A stretch of 64,000 nt of DNA from Salpingoeca rosetta. Taxonomy: Eukaryota; Protista; Choanoflagellata. The stretch spans positions 1,008,671 to 1,072,670 of the forward strand of contig JAWQFM010000011.1 in the NCBI GenBank assembly GCA_033442325.1. Reading direction: 5' to 3'. This document shows, piece by piece, positions 55,101-64,000 of the stretch; the first letter of the stretch is position 1; each line of letters begins with the position of its first letter. A program made the translations under genes and the position numbers. A model generated the notes under the pieces. The model was not told the origin of the DNA and searched no databases. It worked only from the letters and a program-made list of their open reading frames with translations.

Positions 55101-55438
55101 CTGCCCTGGGTCGACGATCTGCGTCATTGTCGTGGGCAGATTGTGCCATTCCTCGGTCAAGGACATCCACGCACGCTGCTGTGGAATTGTCACCGCCCTC
55201 GGCACCTGCGTCTCCCTTAACGTCTCGCCACGCAACGCACAAGGCTACTGCACAAGTAACAGGCACGCCATCACCGGGCAAGCGCGCACAGCTGCAGGCT
55301 GGAAATGCGCTCGTGGCTGGAGCGACACCAGTAGCCACATCGCTCAGCCCGCATCCAACGGCACAACCATCCGGCCGGGCTCGGAGCTCCTCCCTTCCCT
55401 CTGTCGCCTTGACCATCACAGATGACGACTCGGAGTGA
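49040..55438 (+). CDS. Predicted membrane protein with long disordered tail, SILK motif and neurabin/spinophilin-type PP1-binding module
   Basis: Exons ~49040-49867, 50205-51799, 52120-52186, 52427-54360, 54562-; signal-like LAVAVAALAAVTLLLAAGCAA, TM VGVWTLGAAFILLQLIISFLLC, RSILK, spliced STVAFTTKPPDVFETYAAWEYDRR, C-terminal coiled coil. Confidence 0.7.
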
Positions 55439-55648
55439 TGGAACTTGCCTGCTGCACACGCTGCATGGCTCTCTTCATTCTTCACCTTCACGTATGTTCA
55501 GAACGACTAGCTCGATCTTGTTAATTTAAAACTGCGCCGTGTTCGCCGTTATATTGTGTGCGTGTGTGTGTGTGCTTTGCGCCGTGTATTTTGCGCTGTG
55601 TTTTGCTTGGCTGGTGTGGAGTTGAAATACAAACATGCGAACAACACA

Positions 55649-55758
55649 GCGCGACACGCACGCTGACGCTCAATCAAGCAATTGAGGGCGACGTGAAAGT
55701 TGCCTACAAGGACCTGTCATCGTCCCATTGTACGCGAGAGCCGACCACAAAGATGTAG
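55649..55758 (+). pseudogene. Duplicated 3' fragment of the last GH2 exon
   Basis: Encodes ATRTLTLNQAIEGDVKVAYKDLSSSHCTREPTTKM*, the same as the GH2 C-terminus at 4429-4320, with no upstream exons. Confidence 0.85.
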
Positions 55759-57090
55759 CTTTTCGCAACAGACAGAGAGCAAGGGGCGAGGGGACCACAA
55801 CCAAGCAGAGCTACTCCTAAACCCCCGTTATTACCCCAGCCCAAAGCCGCACGAAAAAAGCAGAAAGAGCGCTCTCTCTCTCTCTCTCTGAGCTTGCATG
55901 CAATTTCTACATCCACATTGATGTGTGTAGCTTGCTTCTGGTGTTCTCTTCTCTTGCATCTTTTATCAAACAAGTACGGTGCTCCGCTATGCTCTGCTGT
56001 CTTGGAGAGTACATGAGCGCTACAAAGAGCAACACAGTTCAGGTACATAGATATGTAGTTCAGCTATCCCTCCAGTGCGGTGCCCCAGCGCACATGAAAC
56101 ATAAGAAACATAGACCGGAGATCCTTGGGAGAACAACAGTTGGCAAGCAAGAGACAACAGATGATGATGAAATGGGAGGAGGGCTGAGCAAGTGAGCAGG
56201 ACTTGCAAAGCAAGCAGGCAAGATGACTGTGGTTCTTCTGGCAATGCACTTCTTCCCGACGTACATACTTGCCCTTCTTGCAGCAGCAAACAGGTGGCAG
56301 GTAGGAAGTCGACAGAGCGTGCAAGAGCTGTTCAGAGAGGAGAGAGTGTGTGTGTGTGAGTGTGTGTGTGTGGGTGGGAGAGTGCAGTGCAGTGCAGAGC
56401 ACAGCACAGCAGAGTAGAGTGCTAGAGTGCAGGCAGCAAACCCTCAAACCATCTGTCGACCCGTGCTGGGTTTACATAGTGTGTTTGAATGTTGTGCGGC
56501 GTGACAATGTGTTAAATGAGAGACTGAATGCAGTTTCTTGTTTCCACAGAACCGAAAGTGACTTTCCGTTGCAGCCAGCCAGCACGCTCGTCGGTGCACC
56601 CACGACATCGTCGTCGCTCTCGCTGATGGTGATGGTGATGGTGGGCGGTGATGGTGATGGTGGTGACACACGAAGATCGCGCGCACAAAAGGAACTACAC
56701 GAGCCAAGGCAAAGACATCAGACAGCACCGGCTTCTTTTGGTTTCTTGTGACAGGACACCTAACTACTACGGACTGGGCTTGCTCTACGTGGCTGTGACG
56801 TCAGCATGGAAGGACTCGAGAAAGGACTCGCAAGTTGGATATGAAGTGAGCAGAGGGCGTGTTCTGTCAAAACGCTAAAACGAGGTCATGCTGCAGCTCT
56901 GCACCCCAACACCTCAACACGCACATCGACGCGAACCAACCAACGCACTTCCTTTTCGGATGCTCGGGGTGGCCTCTGTCGTCTGTGTTCTCTTTCCCGA
57001 TTTGAAGGTATCGCATACACACGAACGCATCAACGACTGCCTGGTTTACATTAATGCATGTCGACATGCATGAGGAAGCCATCGTCCGTG

Positions 57091-57187
<97 letters not shown>

Positions 57188-57816
57188 GTGCATGTGTGCA
57201 TGTGGGCGGGATGGAGGCGGCGATGTGACATGGTGGACTGGATGCACCCGTGCAACCGAGCCATGTGCACATGTTTGCTCGGTGATGGATCATCCACCAT
57301 GCCACTATCGCTGCATACGCACGACGTCTGTCTTCACCACACCACCACCATGACACAGTTGGCATACAACACACGTTCCCCTCAAACGCCTCCTCCCGGT
57401 CTCTCACACACATCCCTGCTCTCCCTTCTCTTGTGCATCCTGCAGCGAAGTGCTTGCACGTGAATGGCGCAGAAGCTGCTGCTGCCGCCGCTGCTGCTGC
57501 TATTGCTGCTGTTGGTACTGCTGCCGCCGCTGGTAGAAGTCCTCAATGAGACGATTGATGTTGAAAGGGGCGGATGCGCCGGCGAACTCCGCTGTCTTTT
57601 GATCTCCGTGACTGCACCAAGTGGCGATGCAGCAGGTTGCAGTTGCAATGGTCGGGGCGAGGATGATGTGGATGGTGGCTACGCTTCTCCGTGATCGCAC
57701 CGAGTGCAGCCGTTGTCAGCTGGTACGGTCGCATGTGTGTTGCAGTGTGCTGTTGCTGTTGTGTCTTCAAAGGCCAAACGTGCATGCACAAATGCTGCTG
57801 CTGCTGCTGCTGCTGC

Positions 57817-57877
<61 letters not shown>

Positions 57878-57891
57878 GCTGCTGCTGCTGC

Positions 57892-57934
<43 letters not shown>

Positions 57935-59825
57935 GCTGTTGTTGTTGTTGTTGTTGCAGTACCTTCCATGGTCGTGCCACGCCACCTGCTTGCCTGTGCT
58001 TGAGCCGCATCTCACATCGTCCTTGCTTCCTCCTTACCTGCTGGCGCGTGCCTTTTGTGAAGAGCATAGACACACGTGTGAGCAGGGCAGCCACGCATCA
58101 AGAGACCCGTGTCGCAGCAACTGCGCACACGCCAACGGCAACAGAGGCACACCCACGCATGCGGGCTGTGAGCACAGGTACTCGCATCATCACAGCCACA
58201 GCTGCCGTTCGTTCGTGTACAGAGACACAGCGACAAAGACAGGCCGTGTGTGTGTGTGTGTCTGTGTGTGTGTGTGTGTGTGACAGAGGGGAACGGAGAG
58301 AAACAGAAAAGGGGACAGAGAAGTCGACGCACAGCAACAGGCCCGTGGGCAGAGGCACTCGCATGTGCACACGTGTGTACTGACAGATATTGGGTGAAGG
58401 GGGCCATGGGAACCACCTGGGCAGCAAGTCCTGTTGGAGGGTGGTGGCGCGACGAGGTTTGGTGCTTTGACGGCCAGTGTACAGCCCAGGTGTCGGTGGA
58501 TGTAGAGGACGGACTGGAGAGGCGGGCCGTGGGCACCCACTGAGACCTGCGGAAATGACAGCAAGACAGCAGCAGCAACAGCAGCAGCAGCAACAACAAC
58601 AACAATACGGTGAGTGAGAATGAAGAGGAGTTGATGGATGTGGAACAACAAGAACAAGCAGAACGAGGCGAGGAGGGCTTGTAACAGGAGAGCACCTCTG
58701 CTGCGAAAGGAGGAAGACAGACATGCTGTGCCTGTGTGTGCGCGTGGGTGTGCCTGGGCCTCACAGCCAGGCGCTGTTGCTTGTGCACACGTGTTCGCAG
58801 TACACCGCTCGCTCAGTTGCACACATGTCCGCTCCCACAAACAAACAAACACACACACACGTGTACATTGTAATCTTTGTTGCGTGCTGCTTACGCAAGG
58901 CCTCATCGTGTCACATGCGCGTGTCATTGCTTCAGCCCATGCTCACGTGAGCGTTCACATCACAGGTTGCAGCCGTCATTGTCTTCCTCATGCACGCACG
59001 TGTGCACGTGCGTGCATATGCAGGTGCCAACACCACCGGCACCATCACACCACACCACCAGCACGTCTGCACTTGGTGCATGGCGGTTTTTTTTTGTGCG
59101 TGTGTGTGTGTTTGTGTCGGTGTTTGTGTTTGTTGTGTGCTATCCACCGCCCAGGCATGTGCGTGCAATGTGTGTGCTTTGAGTGGTTTTCTATAATCTG
59201 TCTGCTGCGGGCGTCAACGTCGCCTCCTCTCTCGCGACCTCACCCCACCGTGCCCTCAATGCACAGGTGCAGGCAGTGACAAACGAGGCACCCGAGCACA
59301 CAGCATGCAGCCGTTGCCACAGCAGCAGCATGGTGTTGGGGACCTTGCGGGCGCCAGGGAACTTGTGCTGACCCCCCGTAACGGAAAGGGGAAGAAGGAG
59401 ACAACAGCAGCAAGAGCAGCAGCAAGTGCGCTCACACCAACACGAACCAGCACCACCACGAGTTTCGCCGTAACCGCCAACGCAACTGCGACAACAACAA
59501 CCGCAGCATCACGGGCTCATGAACAACAAGGAACCACTGCTGTGGTGGTGTTGGATAAACAGCAACTACTGCTGTGGTGGTGGTGTTGGATTTGCGTGCA
59601 TGCAGTTTGAAGAAGAGACAACACAAACAAGCACAATGCGCTGCAGGCACGCCATCGAGCACGCAATCCACGCCGTCCACAGCATGCCCCCCCCCCTTTG
59701 ACGCCTTGGATCGTCTTGGATGGAGCAGGTGCAGTTGAAGCGGACAGCGACGGGTGAAGAACGAACCCATTGGTGGTGCGGGCCAGAACAAGACACTGCC
59801 GGTGTCACGACGGGAGGCGATCGCT
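55649..59825. repeat. Inverted segmental duplication, copy B (may extend past 59825)
   Basis: Reverse complement of 1-4429. Confidence 0.95.
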
Positions 59826-60800
59826 CGCTGTGGTGAAGCCGCCGCGGGCCGCCGCAGCAACAAGGACGGGATGCACCGATAGTCCGCACAGGACAGCACA
59901 CTGCCACTGCAAGGTGCGACGCACATGCCGGATGTGTGGTTGAGGGTGAGATGTGATTTCCTGTTGTGGGGAGGTGTTGTGGGCTTGAGGCCGGGGTTTG
60001 TCTTGTGCGCTGTGCGGGGTTGTGCTGTGAAGGATCGCCATGCACACGCGTCGAGGGAATTGGAGGGGGCCTCACATCTGCGCACGCAAACATGCAATGA
60101 TGGTGATTTGACGTTGCATGGCAGAGGTGTTGCTTATGTGCACACGGGGCGGACATACCTCCGTCTTCCGGGAGCTGTGGACCATCGCGGGACCATGTCG
60201 TTATTGTTGTTGCTTGGTTGGTTGGTTGTGGTTGGTTGGTTGGTTGGCTGGTTGGTTGGTTGGTTGGTTGTTGTTGCTCCTCCTCTTCGTCCTGGTTTGC
60301 GTGACTGTGGCTATGAATGGGCGCAAGTGTTGCACAGCACGAGCGCGCTAGTGTGCTCACATGTGTTGTGCTGTGCCATCAGCGTGGCCACACCTTTGTG
60401 CGTTTCGTGTCTCTCATGTTGCTTCGGTTCTTTTTCCTTGAATATCTTGTCTTCCTCTCCTCTTCCTCTTGGTGTTCAGGAGAAGTCGTTGCATCACTCC
60501 GTGTCTTTCTGCGTCTTCCTTCCGGACATGATGCCGCTGGGATTACACATTTCGCCTCCATCTTGCCACACGCTGTTGTTGCTGTCGCTGTCCCTGTTGT
60601 TGTGCCTGCCCAGCACGCGACGCCTCTCCAGACGGCATCGCCAGTGGCAACATCAGAGTTGATGCTGCCACTGTCGGCGTCTGTAGTAGTTGTGGTAGTG
60701 GTGATGACGGTGGTGTCAATGGCCGTTCTCTCGCATGGCTGCTGTTGTCGTCGCATGTGGGAGCTCTCCAACCACTGTCACTGGTAAGGTTACACCCGCC

Positions 60801-60847
<47 letters not shown>

Positions 60848-61863
60848 TTGCAGTGTGCTGCTTTTACTTTTCCTTTTTTTTTTTTTTGTGTGNNNNNNNN
60901 NNNNNNNNNNNNNNNNNNNNNNNNNNNNNNNNNNNNNNNNNNNNNNNNNNNNNNNNNNNNNNNNNNNNNNNNNNNNNNNNNNNNNNNNNNNNNNNNNNNN
61001 NNNNNNNNNNNNNNNNNNNNNNNNNNNNNNNNNNNNNNNNNNNNNNNNNNNNNNNNNNNNNNNNNNNNNNNNNNNNNNNNNNNNNNNNNNNNNNNNNNNN
61101 NNNNNNNNNNNNNNNNNNNNNNNNNNNNNNNNNNNNNNNNNNNNNNNNNNNNNNNNNNNNNNNNNNNNNNNNNNNNNNNNNNNNNNNNNNNNNNNNNNNN
61201 NNNNNNNNNNNNNNNNNNNNNNNNNNNNNNNNNNNNNNNNNNNNNNNNNNNNNNNNNNNNNNNNNNNNNNNNNNNNNNNNNNNNNNNNNNNNNNNNNNNN
61301 NNNNNNNNNNNNNNNNNNNNNNNNNNNNNNNNNNNNNNNNNNNNNNNNNNNNNNNNNNNNNNNNNNNNNNNNNNNNNNNNNNNNNNNNNNNNNNNNNNNN
61401 NNNNNNNNNNNNNNNNNNNNNNNNNNNNNNNNNNNNNNNNNNNNNNNNNNNNNNNNNNNNNNNNNNNNNNNNNNNNNNNNNNNNNNNNNNNNNNNNNNNN
61501 NNNNNNNNNNNNNNNNNNNNNNNNNNNNNNNNNNNNNNNNNNNNNNNNNNNNNNNNNNNNNNNNNNNNNNNNNNNNNNNNNNNNNNNNNNNNNNNNNNNN
61601 NNNNNNNNNCAGCATGGCAAGGTGAGTTTCGTGGCTGCGACTTTACTTGGTGCGTGTACAGTTGTGTGTGCGGTATATACTTTGTGCGAGTACAGTGTGT
61701 GTGTGTGTGGCTGTGGCTGCTCATTTTATCTGTGTGTATGGGCGTGTGTGTGTGTGTCCTAGCTGGTCCGCCCATCGTGGCCTGACTGTGTCGTGCTGGA
61801 CCTTGTATGTGTGCGTGTGTGTGTGTGTTTGCGTGTGTGATGGGAGCAGGCGAGAAACTCACG

Positions 61864-62894
61864 TTGTCGCTGTTGCAGCGCTTTGGAATGCCCCTGCGTG
61901 TGGAGTTGGCCACGCTCCTGGTGGGCCCGAGATGCACCTGCGCTGCGCTGCTGGCACTGCTGGCACTGCTGGCACTGCTGGCACTTGACTCCTGGTATGT
62001 TGTGGCCACATGCAAGGTGCAGTGTGCGCGTGTGAGTGACTGTGTGTGTGTGCACGTGTGTTTGCGTGTGCATGTGACTTTGTGTGTGTGTGTGTGCGTG
62101 TGTGTGTGTGCAGGTGATGATGTTGAGCTCATGATATATCTTGTGTGTGTCGACACAGACCGGGGGCTTGTGCGGGGTGCCACTGCTGCTGGCGGCCCGG
62201 CGTTGCTCGGCTTCCAGCCTCTGCCGGTTCATGTGCTGGATGAGCTCCTGCGGCGGTGGTGGAACAGCAGCCAGGGCATACGTGTATTTGAAGCACAAGG
62301 TGAGCAATACGTGTGTGGTGCGTCTTTTGCCGTTGTGGGGAAATGTGGAACGCTTGGAGGTGTGTCTGTCATCTGGGTACCATGTGTGTGTGTGTACGGT
62401 TGACTTACTTTTCCTGTGCAATGGCCCATGAGCCTGTCCTTCCAGGAGTAGATGTGGTCCGGAGGGAGCTGCTTCTTCTTGCTCACCGTGGGCCGCACAT
62501 TCTTGCTCACTGTGGGCTGCATTGTGGCGATGGCTGTTGTGCGCATGCTGTCAAATGCGTCCTCAGTGACACCGACGCCTGCAGCCGTGCTCGGCTGGAC
62601 CTGTGGGTTGGTGCCTGGGACCTGCATGGTGGCCGTGGTTGTGGCCGTGGTTGTGGCTGCTGAGGAGGAGGAGGAGGAGGAGGAGCCCTCTGCCACGGTG
62701 GCGTCCACGGGAGAAGGGACGGCCAGCCGGACCCGCGTGTTCTGTGGCCGCTGAGCACGTGGGGAGCTTGGAGCTTGGGACGGCATGACGCCCTCTTCCT
62801 GCTGCTGTTCCTGCTGCTGCTGTTCCTGCTGCTGCTGCTGCTGCGGCTGCTGCTGCTGCTGCTCGTTGTCGGTGGCATTCATGCTGTTCTCCAT
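61864..62894 (-). CDS. Hypothetical low-complexity protein, 5' exons; continues into gap and possibly to 60380-60780 and beyond
   Basis: ATG 62894 MENSMNATDNEQQQ..PPDHIYSWKDRLMGHCTGK|gtaagt, then ELIQHMNRQRLEAEQRR and ESSASS..RCNSDN|gtgagt. Confidence 0.55.
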
Positions 62895-62957
62895 GCTGCT
62901 GCGGCCCTTCTGTGGCTGATGCTTTCCAGAGGTGTGTAGTTACGTGCGCTTGTGTGC

Positions 62958-63014
<57 letters not shown>

Positions 63015-64000
63015 TGTGGCTTTTGAGCTTTGTGGGGTTGACTTTGAAATTTGGGCGCGTGCACGCGAAGAGGAGCAAGTTTGCAAATTGCTTTGCATGG
63101 GCTTGCAAAATGCAACGCGTTGCGGCTTTGCTTGCGCTTGTGTGCTGTGGGGGTTGCGGTGCAACTGATCCCTGTGTGCACCGCTCCCTCCTCTCCTCTC
63201 TCTCTCCCCTCGTTGTGGTGTGTTGTGTTGACTGGCTGCCATCATTGACGCACACAAGCTCACTGGCACTGCTGCCGCATGTTGCGTTACGTTGTATTTG
63301 TTGGATGGTACAGGCGACAAGAGACAACAAGAAGAGTGCAGGTACGGGAGTACGAGGACAGAATGGGCCAAGTGGGGCTGAATGAGGTCCAGCACATTGC
63401 AGAGACAGCAGCTGGAAAGGGCGGGAACGACGGCAGCTTGGGGAACAGCGCAGACGAGTCACGATGACGAGGGACGGAAGAGTTGCGAACAGAGTGGGTG
63501 CCACAACAGCGACATCCGAGAGAAGTCAGGAGAACAGCAGGCAAAGAAGAAAGAAGGGAAGGTGCAGGAGGCTGGTGTCAGACCGATGACAGCAGCAGAG
63601 GCAAGGGAAGCAACATTAAGGATCAGCACCGGCAGCCGGAGGAGGAGGAGGAGGCAAGGAAGAGGATGGGGTGGTGGGAAAGGAAGAGACAGCAGAGACG
63701 TGGAGACATGGCAGCGAGAGACAGGCGAAAGGAGGACAACGGGCTTGGTTGGCATGCACGAGTGCGTGAACAGGGGTGACTGGCTGGGTGGTTGGGCTTG
63801 TGGAGACGTATCGGTGGCGCTGGTGGTGGTTCCTAGTTTGCTGGACGTGGTGTTGGTGTTGAGGTGGTCGGGATTACTTAGTCGGGACTCGGAGTCGGAC
63901 TCGGGCTCGGCATCGCTGAAGCAGAAGAGGTCGTCGTTTGATGTTGTTGACCTGCATGCCGTTGCCGAACGCGCGGTGTGGACCTGCAAGTTGGCGACCG

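Noticed and set aside
63280-64000. Coding sequence at the right window edge
   Set aside because: Open frames exist on both strands with no motif or clear splice pattern; strand cannot be decided.

Overview
Eukaryotic, intron-rich, GC-rich genomic DNA with (CA/GT)n microsatellites in most introns and six N gaps (9959-10058, 13833-14629, 16264-16363, 27045-27850, 29643-29742, 60893-61609). The style fits a choanoflagellate such as Salpingoeca rosetta (inference from sequence style only). Most entries in the ORF track are microsatellite translations; the real genes are spliced and were rebuilt by eye from exons with GT-AG boundaries. In order: GH2 exo-beta-D-glucosaminidase (-), SLC10A7 (+), non-catalytic PDIA6/P5-like thioredoxin-fold protein (-), MRG15/Eaf3 (+), a CRE-clade non-LTR retrotransposon with one frameshift (+), ABHD17 (+), putative TAF1A/Rrn11-like protein (-), a hypothetical gene (+), an OFA-family MFS transporter lacking its last exon (-), a hypothetical gene (+), a predicted membrane protein carrying a SILK motif and a neurabin/spinophilin-type PP1-binding module (+), and a low-complexity hypothetical gene (-). 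The block 4430-55648 is flanked by a diverged inverted duplication of at least 4.2 kb (1-4429 vs 55649-59825) whose inner edge lies inside the last GH2 exon. Best candidates for undescribed biology are the membrane-anchored PP1-targeting protein, the CRE element and the inverted-repeat-flanked block. All family assignments come from motif recognition; no database search was run.
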